A stretch of 62,864 bases of DNA, counting the filler, from Stramenopiles sp. TOSAG23-2 (lineage: Eukaryota), in NCBI GenBank assembly GCA_900128395.1. It is 12 parts of 12 records of this genome, joined end to end, with 100 filler letters (N's around TTAATTAATTAA, not from the genome) between each part and the next. Parts side by side here need not be neighbours in the genome. Positions count along the whole stretch, not along the records: positions 21,036 to 26,187 come from LT650718.1; positions 26,288 to 31,433 come from LT650719.1; positions 31,534 to 36,678 come from LT650720.1; 9 more parts are not named here. One strand, 5' to 3'. The notes below the pieces were generated by a model. It made no database searches. It was not told the DNA's origin and worked only from the letters and a program-made list of their open reading frames with translations. The stretch's first letter is position 1. Each line of letters starts with the position of its first letter. Shown here in pieces: positions 21,931-32,447 of the stretch. Made by a program: the position numbers and the translations under genes.

Positions 21931-22233
21931 TGTACTTGAAGGGGGATTTAGAATACGGAAATTTGGGATTTACGTATCAAATGACAAATTGATGTACTTG
22001 AAGGGGGATTTAGAATATGGAAATTTGGGATTTAAGTGTCAAATGACAAATTGATGTACTTGAAGGGGGATTTAGAATACGGAAGCGAGGCGTTTTTGTG
22101 AATATTCTAACAAATCAGTTTACATGCAATATGTAGCAATGACAAATTGATGTACTTGAAGGGGGATTTAGAATACGGAAGCGAGGCGTTTTTGTGAATA
22201 TTCTAACAAATCAGTTTACATGCAATATGTAGC
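21931..22233. repeat. Minisatellite: four copies of a 30-bp core with periods 62, 62 and 96; the last 96 bp are an exact duplication
   Basis: TGTACTTGAAGGGGGATTTAGAATAYGGAA at 21931, 21993, 22055 and 22151; 22042-22137 equals 22138-22233. Confidence 0.9.
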
Positions 22234-22465
22234 ATCAAGCATCAACGCAAATATCAATAGCCACCCTATATGCCTATATGCCTATGTCACCCTATATGTG
22301 GTTCAAAAACCTGGCCTACAGTATTCACCTGCTATAGAGGTAATCTATACGTCGCTACGCTCCTTGCTCCATTTTAAAAGGAGTGTAGCGTTAGTATAGG
22401 CGAATAGCATAGCGGTGGTTTCCTGAGTACTATAGAGGTATTACACTACATAGCATGGTAATGAT

Positions 22466-23685
22466 AACTACAAATTATTATACTTCAAATATCATTAACA
22501 CAAGGTACACAGGAGCACAGGAGTGGTTATTGGCAATGAACAAATAACCAGTGCTGTGTAGGCGCATCACTTTGATGGATAAATGGACCCGATTATCCTC
22601 TCGTGGGAGATTCTTAAAACACCCCTAGGGGTGAATTAAGGAACATATGAATAGCATTATGATAATGCTGTATCAATGGTCTTCAACTATATGGACACAG
22701 CATCTCGAACGCATCAAAATTTTGATAGAATATTTTTATTTTATACTTGTAGTATACCATTTTACCGCCACCTATAGATTGAAAATACTTGCCAAAATAT
22801 CAAAATCCCATTATAATACATTATAAATAAATCGTGAAAAAGATACAAAAAATATGACAAAAAATTAAAAACTCGTCTAATCAGTTTAATATGAATACAT
22901 CACCTTTAAAATAGTTACCGTTAATTGAAGTGCGGATTATGATATTTATTGGATTTTGGTACATATTCATGAGCTTGTAATTCAAATTCTACTTGTCCAA
23001 ATTATATGTTTGATATATGTATATGAAACTTTTTTATGTGTAGAATCGATTTATGCGGTCAAATTGGTGTAAAAATCAGTAATTACGGAGATCGCATTTT
23101 TTGAAAATGAGATCCCTTAAATCACCCCTAGGGGTGGATTCTCCCACCAGAGGATAGGACAACAAGAAGATCTTAAAACTTATAAAACTTCTTTGATCAA
23201 AAACCTCTACTAAATTGAACTAAATTAAGGTAATATTTTATTGTGTGATTTAGACTACAAATTAAGAAATTACCTCTTTTCTTACCTCTGGAGGTGGTCC
23301 CTCTTTGGCACATAGCTAGCAACAGTGGTGCGTGCAAAATGCTTTCAATTTCTGTGATTCTTATTTAGACTACTAACTATTGTACTTCAATATATGATAT
23401 TTTCCTACCTACTTCCGGATTAACAGGTACACAAGAGTGGTTATTTATAATGAACAAATAACCAGTGCTGTGTAGCTGTGTAGGCGCATCACTTAAATGG
23501 ATTAGGTAATATTTTATTGTGTGATTTAGACTACACATTATTATACTTAGATATATATGATATTTTCCTACCGATTTCCGAATTAACAGGTGCACAGGAC
23601 TGGTTATTGGCAATCGCAACAAATAACCAGTGCTGTGTAGGCGCACCACTTTTAAGGAGAATGGACCCGAACAAGAAGATCTTCT
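22466..23685. repeat. Three diverged copies of a ~130-160 bp hairpin-containing repeat
   Basis: Shared core CACARGASTGGTTATT..AACAAATAACCAGTGCTGTGTAG..GCGCAYCACTT near 22515, 23430 and 23592. Confidence 0.8.
22596..23154. mobile_element. Non-autonomous TIR element (MITE), 559 bp, TA-flanked
   Basis: Left TCCTCTCGTGGGAGATTC(TTAAAA)CACCCCTAGGGGTGAATTAAGG matches the reverse complement of the right end TCCTCTGGTGGGAGAATCCACCCCTAGGGGTGATTTAAGG; TA at 22594-5 and 23155-6; no ORF inside. Confidence 0.72.
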
Positions 23686-24062
23686 TCTTCACATAGATCA
23701 CACGTAACAACAAATGTGTATGAATGAATAGTGATTCATCTACTCATTCATCAGATCTTCATGTACATTGTATGGATCATCATTTAGAAGAGAAGATATA
23801 GCAGCTCTTGTTCATAATACATTATGGTTTGTTGATTCATTATTTAGTTTTTTCAAATATAGTTTGTAAACGAACAATAGTAGTTTTAATTGATATATAT
23901 ATATTTTATACACAAATCAAATTGAATAATAATTCAAGAAATTGAATAATTCATACCGCAGTCGGATTATAAATATAAATTTATAAAATTTACAACAACA
24001 TCATCAAAAAAAAAAAGAAAAAACAACAACAATATTACAACAACACAACAACAACAACAATC

Positions 24063-26187
24063 ATGAATTCCATGTACAGCACCGACAATAACAACAAGCT
24101 CCAACCACAAAATGAACAAGAACAACGTATGTATGAAAATGTTGATAAATTTTTAAATAGTGTGGATGAACATTTTCCATTTATACAATTATATAATAAT
24201 AATTATAATATTGAAAATGATATTAGTAATAATCCATCAAATTATTATAATAAACAACCATCCTCTATTACCATAAAAAACAACAATCAAACTTCCAATG
24301 GTACAAATAAAGAAAAGAAAGAAACACGTATAAATAATATGAAACAAAAAATTGAACAAAATAAAACAACAAATAATAAAATTCAACTTGCTGGTATTCC
24401 ATTTTTTCCTGCAATGGATGAAAGTAATAATAATAATAACAACAATGACGAACAATTATTAAAATTATTTATACAATTAAAATCACATGTTGAATTAGGT
24501 GAATTACATCAGGATAAAGCTAAAAAAGCACGTTTTTATACAGATGCATTGAAAATATTAAAAGATATTAAAGAAAATAAACAAATGACTAATTATCATT
24601 GTCGTACATTACGTAAATTAGAAGCAAAAATTTATTTAAGTCTTGGACAAAATCATTTTGGTTCCGAAATATCTGTAATCAAAAATTTCAATGATGCCAT
24701 TTATTTAGCTTCCATTGCTATATCAAATGATATTTTAAATAGTACATACGATGATACTATGTCAGGAGGAGGATCATCATCATTATCATCATCATCATCA
24801 TCTTCCTTAACAAAAAATGAACAAATGATGTTAAATATTGCAAGTGTTATGAAACGTTGTACTTCAAATATTACTACGAGTAGTAGTAGTAGTAGTAGTA
24901 ATAATAATAACAATACTATCAACACAACAACAAGTAATAACAACTTAATAAACAAGAATACCATTATTACAAAAGATCAACATAATGATGATAATTTATT
25001 AATTGTTATTAAAGGGCATATTGGTTTAGGTAGTCGTCCAAGTGTGAAACGACGTGTTGAACATTATAAAGAAGGATTGAAATTATTAAATTATATTGAA
25101 GAATCAAAAGTGAAATATATTTTAACAACACAAATTTTTATTGGATTAGGTAATACACAAGCATATAGTGTAAAGACACAAATAGAATTATTTACAAATG
25201 CATTGATATTATCGAAAAAAACAAAATAAAATCAATTACAAATTAAAGCATGTTTAGGTTTAGCAAATACAGGGAAAGAACAACGTTATTCAAATAGAAT
25301 TATTTACAAATGCATTGATATTATCGAAAAAAATAGAATATAAACAATTACAAATTAAAGCATGTTTAGGTTTAGCAAATACAGGGAAAGAACAACGTTA
25401 TTTAGAAGATGCATTACGTTTAGCAATGGAAATACGTGATAAAGAATTGGAAATAAAAGCACGTATTGGTTTAGGTAGTTTTACCTTTTCCCTGGAACAT
25501 TGCAATGCTGCAATACATCTTGCTACGGAAATAGGTGATAATTTATTACAAATCAAAGCAATTAAAATTAAAGGTATTGCATTGAAACAACATGGTAAAT
25601 ATTATGAATCTATTAATTGTTTAAAAGACATTTCAATACATCGTGATGTCAATCCAGTACCTGTTTATACCAAACAAAGTAAGTAGGCTGATATATATGT
25701 AAATATATATAATGGAACTATGCATAATAGTACATTCTGTTGATGGCACTACATCCCCACCATTCTTTTTTTCTTCTGCAATTTTATCATCATCATCATA
25801 TAGATATAATATAATACTAACATATATATATATATTATTATATCTATAACATTTCACATCACACACAGAGGCAAATTCATTATTAGAAGAATGTATTAAT
25901 AAATTAGATAAAAATGAAGCAGTCCATTTTGTACGTCGTTTTGGTCATTCGTATCCATCCGTACAAGCAAAAATTTATATTTTTTTAGGTAATGTAAATC
26001 GTCGTCAATTGCAATATGAATATTATATGAATGCATTGGAAAATGCAAAACGTATTGTAAATGATGATTATTTAAAAATGTTATTAACAGCTAGAGCATA
26101 TATTGGTTTAGGTAGAATCAATACTGGGGAAATACGGGATGAACAACGTGTAGCATATTTAAAACATGCCATTAAATTAGCACATGA
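24063..26187 (+). CDS. TPR-like helical repeat protein; one intron (25679-25868); interrupted by a 112-bp duplication; 3'-truncated
   Basis: Repeated units AKIYLSLG, KGHIGLG, QIFIGLG, KACLGLA, KARIGLG, AKIYIFLG, RAYIGLG. Removing one 112-bp copy puts ORFs 24063 and 25315 in frame, and the intron joins that frame to the frame of ORF 26009. Confidence 0.72.
25179..25402. repeat. 112-bp tandem duplication inside the CDS
   Basis: 25179-25290 vs 25291-25402; a few clustered mismatches in the first copy create a TAA. Confidence 0.92.
25679..25868 (+). other. Spliceosomal intron (190 nt, phase 1)
   Basis: GTAAGT donor, TACTAAC at 25815-25821, CAG acceptor; splicing restores the frame. Confidence 0.8.
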
Positions 26188-26287
26188 NNNNNNNNNNNNN
26201 NNNNNNNNNNNNNNNNNNNNNNNNNNNNNNNTTAATTAATTAANNNNNNNNNNNNNNNNNNNNNNNNNNNNNNNNNNNNNNNNNNNN
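26188..26287. other. Artificial contig linker
   Basis: N44-TTAATTAATTAA-N44. Confidence 0.99.
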
Positions 26288-26662
26288 AAGAAGGAGTAGT
26301 GCAGTACAATTAGAACAATACGAATTTATTTTCCTATTCATAATAATTTTTTTAAGTTTTAAGGAAATATCATCTGCTTTCATTATTGTAATATCAATTT
26401 CTGGTAAATACTGTAGCATTATAATACCAAGTTACCAAGTATATTATAAATTCTCTTTCCTGATGCTTTATTAATAATTATTTGGCTCGTCGTCACCACA
26501 AAACAACACAACATAAAGTGAAAATTAAATAGTATAAAACAATAAATATCAGTATTTAATATTAATACATTTACAATTTTCAAATAGATGATCAACTTTT
26601 TCTTTTCTTAATTTCTTTTCTGTATATGACATATCAATTATTCTACAAAATAAAACGACAAA

Positions 26663-27835
26663 ATGACATCATTGCCGGGCGATAATAATCCTGTAAACAA
26701 ATGTTATTACCTTGCATCGAAAGGTTCTACTGGTTTGCCAGGTTTAAAAGCTATAATTCAATATGGGAAAAGAACAAATGCAAATTGGCTTTCATCAATA
26801 CAATTGCATGGGGCATGTATGAATAATCATGTAGATACGACTTTACCATATTTGATAAACGAGTTGGGAAAGGATATAATCGATAATATAGATGAAGAAG
26901 GAAATACGTCATTACATGTTGCTATTATATGGGGAAGAAATAGTGTAGTTGTATATTTATTATCTTGTGGTGCATCAATTAATGTAAAAAATAAACAAAT
27001 GCAAACTTGTCTTGAATTAGCACAAGATAGATTATTTAAATTGGTTGCTTCCGAACGTGATAATGTAAAATTAAAAGGTAAAGATTTAACAAAGGCTGAT
27101 TTTGAAAAGATAAAAGTGGAAGCAAAAGAATTAGTTGATATTTTAACAAATATAACTGCAGCCACGTCATATAATGAATTTGCAAAGAAATATTCATACC
27201 ATCATCTTGTAAAACAACATTCCTATTGGGCTTACAGAGGACAGCAAAGACTACAATTAGTTTCATTATTAAGACATTTAGTATTACAGAAGAGAGCTAT
27301 GTTCAAAACAAAAGAAGAACTGGAGCTTGTAAATCTCGCAAATGATATAAAATCATTAAATATGAATAAGAATGATAACAATGACTCAAGCATGGAAAAA
27401 GAAACACCTGATAAACCAAAGAATAAGACAATTGCTGAAATATTACATGAATATGGACTTGATGATGATAAATGTTTTGCTCGAAGTCTAAAATTATTGG
27501 AAGTATATGAATTAAATGATTTAAGACCAATTGATAAAAATATGATTGTACAATTAGATTTAACTTCAAAAGAAAGACGACGTTTATGGAATATGATCAA
27601 GGAAGAGAAAGAAAAGCTACCTGAACTCGAAAAAAAAGATGATAAAAAAAAGAAAGTAAATAAGAGATTGAGCCGAAAAGAAAAAAAGCTAATAGAAGAA
27701 AAGAAACGAAAAGAAAATCAGAAAAAGTTATTAAAAGAGAAACAACAGGAAGATTACATAAATAGTTTGAAATTATTGAGTGAACCTGATTTGCCATTAT
27801 TAGCAGTAAACGTTATATTAAGATTTATTTATTAA
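26663..27835 (+). CDS. Ankyrin-repeat protein with a SAM-like domain and Lys/Glu-rich tail
   Basis: DEEGNTSLHVAIIWGRNSVVVYLLSCGASINVKN; TIAEILHEYGL...LDLTSKERRRLWNMI resembles SAM. Confidence 0.75.
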   Translation: MTSLPGDNNPVNKCYYLASKGSTGLPGLKAIIQYGKRTNANWLSSIQLHGACMNNHVDTTLPYLINELGKDIIDNIDEEGNTSLHVAIIWGRNSVVVYLLSCGASINVKNKQMQTCLELAQDRLFKLVASERDNVKLKGKDLTKADFEKIKVEAKELVDILTNITAATSYNEFAKKYSYHHLVKQHSYWAYRGQQRLQLVSLLRHLVLQKRAMFKTKEELELVNLANDIKSLNMNKNDNNDSSMEKETPDKPKNKTIAEILHEYGLDDDKCFARSLKLLEVYELNDLRPIDKNMIVQLDLTSKERRRLWNMIKEEKEKLPELEKKDDKKKKVNKRLSRKEKKLIEEKKRKENQKKLLKEKQQEDYINSLKLLSEPDLPLLAVNVILRFIY

Positions 27836-28052
27836 GAGACGCAGATGTAGAGATTTTTTTTGTGTTTTTACACGCGTTGAGCATTTTTAATTTTTTCGAA
27901 AACATAATATAAAATTTTCTCTTTTACACTCATATATTATATAAATTTCTTTTACTTAAATATATATATATATGATATATATTATATATCATTACCAGGC
28001 ATACATGAAATATTATTTTCCCCACCTCTCTTTGCAATACAACAAAAGAGTT

Positions 28053-31000
28053 CTACACCGTAGTAGCTCTTTTCGTTTCTTCTGATTCATTATTAGCATA
28101 AACAATACCATCACCTATTCTTTTCTGCTGGACAGCACTGAATATAAAACCATTTGGTGAAAACGGTGCAGGTTGTTCATCAGTCCATGCAGGAGATCTT
28201 GTACGGGGAGGAGGTAATTTTGCACGTGGAGAACGACGTGGACTCCCAATTCTTTTTTGAAAGTGCATGAAGGCTATAAAAGCTTGCGTCTCTGCATCAA
28301 TCGGGTTATCTGCTAAATCTACGGTGCAATACGGGCATTTATGATTCAACATCATAGCTAATTTTTTACCACATTCTCCACCAATATCATTGCCTGAAAA
28401 TAACAATGTATCTACTTTTAAGAGATCAACAGTAACTGCTTCTTTTGCTAAGCTGTTTACTAATGCAATAGCAGTTGGATCACCAATATTGCATTTGCTT
28501 AAATCCAATTCTTGTATAACACCATCAACTCTACAAATTGCGTTTGCCAAAGATACACCACCTTCATCACCAATGTTAGAATTACCAGCTAATTTTAATT
28601 TTCTTAATATCACATTATCAGTACCTAAAATGCCTGCAAATGAACGTGCGCCCTTGGACGTAATGTCATTACCATTTAAATGCAATGTATTTAAAGTATC
28701 ATTTACACATAATGCCTTTGTCAGCTGTGAAACTCCTCTATCAGTAATTGATGTTTTTGCCATAATTAGTTTTTCCAAGCGTACATTGGTTTCCAATGCA
28801 TCACTAATTGCTATTAAACCTTCATCCCCAACTTTCGCATTATTTTCTAAATACAATGCTGTTAAGTTTACATGTTTTTCTTTCAAACATGCTGCAAGTG
28901 CTTTTGCACCACGTTCGCCAATGCCATTTTTTCCCAACCCTAATGTTTGCAATACGGATACATGACTTTCCGACAATGCTTCTGCAATTGCCATTACGCC
29001 TTTGTCTCGTATATCACCATTGTACAATAATAAAGTTCGTAGCACAGTATTTACTTTTAATATTGGCGCAAGCGAATATCTACAATCAGCTCGTGTAAGC
29101 GGAGCAACTTGTGATATTAAACTTTTAAAAGAGGACAATTTAACCAGTTCTGCCTCGGTGATTGGATGCCCACCTGGTAACATTGCACATCCACTACTAC
29201 GTGCACGGTAAAGAGCAGACATAATTGCTGTTCCACGCTTATGATCTCTTTTCCAAGATTTCCCGGAACCAACCACATAAGGCGAAAGTGGCTGTTTCCT
29301 TTGAACTTCAGGGCTTCCCTCAGGACTTCGTGTTGTTGGTGACGTTGAAGCTTCCCTTATTAATTTTTGTTGTAATCTTCTTCGCGTGCCATCTGCTTGT
29401 GTTGATCTTATTACGACAGTTGTTTCATGTTCGATTTGTATTTCTTCAATTGCATCCCAGGCATTAATATACCAACGTTTGAACAAATCCATCTTCCGCT
29501 TCAAAATAGCATTTCTCATTTTATTTTTAACATGCAATGATCTTACTGTAAATGCTCTCCACGTTTCAAACGACTGATGTTTGGCACGATTTAATATTTT
29601 CGTTAAGCTTTTGATTACTTTTTTATTTTGCTCCTCTTCTATAGCTTTTAAACGCCGTTTTTCTGCTAAACGAACATCAACCCATCGTAACCATGCACCA
29701 AAACATTTACCTTCAATTTGACCAATTCGTTTTTTCAACATATTACGTACACCTTTGTTTTGTAAAAACCATGTTTTCCAAGGTGTAAATGTCATAGCCA
29801 ATGCACGATGGGTAATACGAGTTAACATGAAGCGTATTTTTCTTTTCCGCTCTTCTTCTATCAATCGTTGCTTTTTTCTACGATATCTAGCCATTTGATA
29901 TCTAGCCCATATTTGGATAGTTATAATTGCACGTTTTCGTTCTCGTTTTTTTTGACGAGCTACTTTCATATATGCTCTACCTTTTCTGCGTCCCCAAATT
30001 GATCGCATTTTCGCTTGAATCATAACAATATATCGCTCCTCTGCATCTAACATTTCTACCCATTCATCGCTCCAACGACGTAATAAATTTCTACCAATTG
30101 GATTGACACGATCTATCTCCAATGCACTCGCAACGGCTTGAAGGGCTGGTTCTACACGTCTAATTTTATAACACGCTCGTCCAATTTCAATCCACATTTC
30201 ATATGTATGTTCCGTAGCTAATTGCAATGCTTGTGAATATGCATCGACAGCAAAGACAGGCATGTTAAATTTTGCATATAATCTTGCTCTAATTAACCAT
30301 TGCTTATAATCGCTCCCCCATGTAATAAATGCTTCTTCTATTGATAAACCTTTATAATCTTCAGTCTCTTTCAAAGTAGCCCATCTAAATGTCTCAAAAA
30401 CGTAATACATCCAATTTGTACCTTCCTCGTCCCTTCCTGCAATTTGATAGGCACGTGCGCATAAAAATGTTAATTGCGCTTCATCGAATTCCTCCGGTGG
30501 ATTATTTACAGCAGAATATTCAAAATATTGAATACCAGTTTCAAAGTGCTCGCCTTGAAAATCAGGATGATACGCCATGTCTGCTACTTTTAAAGACAAA
30601 AATCCATTTTTTTCATGGTCTGGATGGTCTTGTAATGCGTTTGCATATTCATCCCAAGCTTCGTACATTTCACCATATGCCTCATAAACTTGTGCAAGTG
30701 CTAACCTAAAATCTCTATTTTGTGAATTTTCTTTATGTTTCAATGCTCTCGTCAATGCTCTATGTGCAGCGCCTAGAAAATATTGCTCTACACCGTCTTC
30801 TCCTTCATTATATTTATATAAATATGCTTGACCTAATGTTGATAATAGTCTATGATCAGCACGTTCACCTAAAAATGTACTAGCTTTCTTTAACCTTTCT
30901 ATTGAGGAATCTATTAAGTTTTCTCTAAAATCCAGTAGTCCTAACTCAAAATTGGCATCCGCATTGTCTGGGCCAGCTTTTAATATTGCTTCGAGCACAC

Positions 31001-31184
31001 TTCGGTCTCTTGGCTCTTTGTTTTTCACTTGTTTTACACGTAAATTTACAGTACCAGGATTTTCAAGTACTGGTATTTCATTATTATCATTATTATTTAC
31101 ATTATTTTTAGAAGGACTAGCAGATCTATTCTTTTTTCTTTTCTTTTTCTTTTTTTTCTTTGTCGAACGATTTCTGGATGACAT
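28053..31184 (-). CDS. TPR + IQ + Sfi1-like repeats + RI-type LRR protein
   Basis: TPR helices (ANFELG, LALAQVYE, MWIEIGRACY); IQ motifs IQAKMRSIWGRR and IQIWARYQMAR; F..W repeats; ~28-aa LRRs (LQTLGLGKNGIGERGAKALA). Confidence 0.8.
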   Translation of the reverse strand: MSSRNRSTKKKKKKKRKKNRSASPSKNNVNNNDNNEIPVLENPGTVNLRVKQVKNKEPRDRSVLEAILKAGPDNADANFELGLLDFRENLIDSSIERLKKASTFLGERADHRLLSTLGQAYLYKYNEGEDGVEQYFLGAAHRALTRALKHKENSQNRDFRLALAQVYEAYGEMYEAWDEYANALQDHPDHEKNGFLSLKVADMAYHPDFQGEHFETGIQYFEYSAVNNPPEEFDEAQLTFLCARAYQIAGRDEEGTNWMYYVFETFRWATLKETEDYKGLSIEEAFITWGSDYKQWLIRARLYAKFNMPVFAVDAYSQALQLATEHTYEMWIEIGRACYKIRRVEPALQAVASALEIDRVNPIGRNLLRRWSDEWVEMLDAEERYIVMIQAKMRSIWGRRKGRAYMKVARQKKRERKRAIITIQIWARYQMARYRRKKQRLIEEERKRKIRFMLTRITHRALAMTFTPWKTWFLQNKGVRNMLKKRIGQIEGKCFGAWLRWVDVRLAEKRRLKAIEEEQNKKVIKSLTKILNRAKHQSFETWRAFTVRSLHVKNKMRNAILKRKMDLFKRWYINAWDAIEEIQIEHETTVVIRSTQADGTRRRLQQKLIREASTSPTTRSPEGSPEVQRKQPLSPYVVGSGKSWKRDHKRGTAIMSALYRARSSGCAMLPGGHPITEAELVKLSSFKSLISQVAPLTRADCRYSLAPILKVNTVLRTLLLYNGDIRDKGVMAIAEALSESHVSVLQTLGLGKNGIGERGAKALAACLKEKHVNLTALYLENNAKVGDEGLIAISDALETNVRLEKLIMAKTSITDRGVSQLTKALCVNDTLNTLHLNGNDITSKGARSFAGILGTDNVILRKLKLAGNSNIGDEGGVSLANAICRVDGVIQELDLSKCNIGDPTAIALVNSLAKEAVTVDLLKVDTLLFSGNDIGGECGKKLAMMLNHKCPYCTVDLADNPIDAETQAFIAFMHFQKRIGSPRRSPRAKLPPPRTRSPAWTDEQPAPFSPNGFIFSAVQQKRIGDGIVYANNESEETKRATTV

Positions 31185-31433
31185 ATTTTCATAAATTAGT
31201 ATCTGTACAAAGGAACCGTTGTAATTATTATTATTATTATTGATACGTGTTATTCGTATGTATCGTGCATATGTTATCTACTTTTGCTTTTATATGTAAA
31301 ATAAAAATGTTCCTGTCAATCTATCCCTTGCTATCTATAACTATATATAATCAATTGATATTATAAATGGGGATTTACTTATTTATATTTGGTAACGTAC
31401 CTATGCCAGGTACAGTATGCCAGTATTTATGCA

Positions 31434-31533
31434 NNNNNNNNNNNNNNNNNNNNNNNNNNNNNNNNNNNNNNNNNNNNTTAATTAATTAANNNNNNNNNNN
31501 NNNNNNNNNNNNNNNNNNNNNNNNNNNNNNNNN
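31434..31533. other. Artificial contig linker
   Basis: N44-TTAATTAATTAA-N44. Confidence 0.99.
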
Positions 31534-32135
31534 ATGAAGTAAATATATATAAATAATTAGGCCTTACATTTCATGATGTACAACGTGCTTGATAAAAAAA
31601 ATCTCAACACAGGGCTGGCGTTGAATAAATGATATGTTCTTCTATTATATGTAAATATGGCCTGTGCAATTATTCAACGTCAACCTTGTGTTCAAAAAAA
31701 AGATATTGGCTATTTTTTATTTGTAAAATGCCCATCAGATACTAAATATATATATATATATTTTTATAATGGTCATTCATTATATATATTGATTGGAGTG
31801 AATAAATATCAGCTGATGGTATGATAGAAGTATAACATTGGATAGGATGAAAATAGAATCAAGTATACAAAAATCCAAATCCACTCAATTTACACCTGTT
31901 TTGGGATTGTTTTTTTGAACGCAATTTAGGCTGACACAGGATTGAAAATACCTGATATTTGCACTGTTTGGATGGGATTTACAAGGCACACAGCACTAAA
32001 TCTACGTCTCTGGGGGGACTAATGTGGCCTCATCCGTATCCGCGCGCCGCCAACAACTACTGGCCGAATTTTAAATTTTAATTGATTATAGATTTAATGA
32101 ACATGTCGTGGATATCGTTTATAGTATTAATAGTA

Positions 32136-32447
32136 TAGATAACAATTTCTCATCATTTAATTGCAACAAATTAATTTCTAAAATACGCAAGGTTTGAACC
32201 ATAACTTTACATAGTTATCATCGTTTCAATTACAATAAACTAAAACTATTATCATTTTAATTACATCATCATTATGGATTTTGATTTTGATTAGATAACA
32301 ATTTCTCATCATTTAATTGCAACAAATTAATTTCTAAAATACGCAAGGTTTGAACCATAACTTTACATAGTTATCATCGTTTCAATTACAATAAACTAAA
32401 ACTATTATCATTTTAATTACATCATCATTATGGATTTTGATTTTGAT
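32136..32447. repeat. Exact 156-bp tandem duplication covering the PCIF1-like 5' region and start codon
   Basis: 32136-32291 equals 32292-32447; the first copy reads MDFDFD-stop from the ATG at 32274. Confidence 0.93.

Noticed and set aside
21931..22233. CRISPR-like array (30-bp repeat, ~32-bp spacing)
   Set aside because: The spacers are homologous to each other, there are no cas genes and the context is eukaryotic; it is a minisatellite
23377..23713. Small ORFs with internally repeated peptides
   Set aside because: Translations of the non-coding hairpin repeat; frames are not conserved between copies
25227..25229. Stop-codon readthrough or alternative genetic code in the TPR-like gene
   Set aside because: The TAA lies in the mismatched duplicate copy; TAA, TAG and TGA all end conserved genes normally elsewhere
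32274..32294. uORF MDFDFD* upstream of the PCIF1-like gene
   Set aside because: Created by the 156-bp duplication, which is probably an assembly artefact
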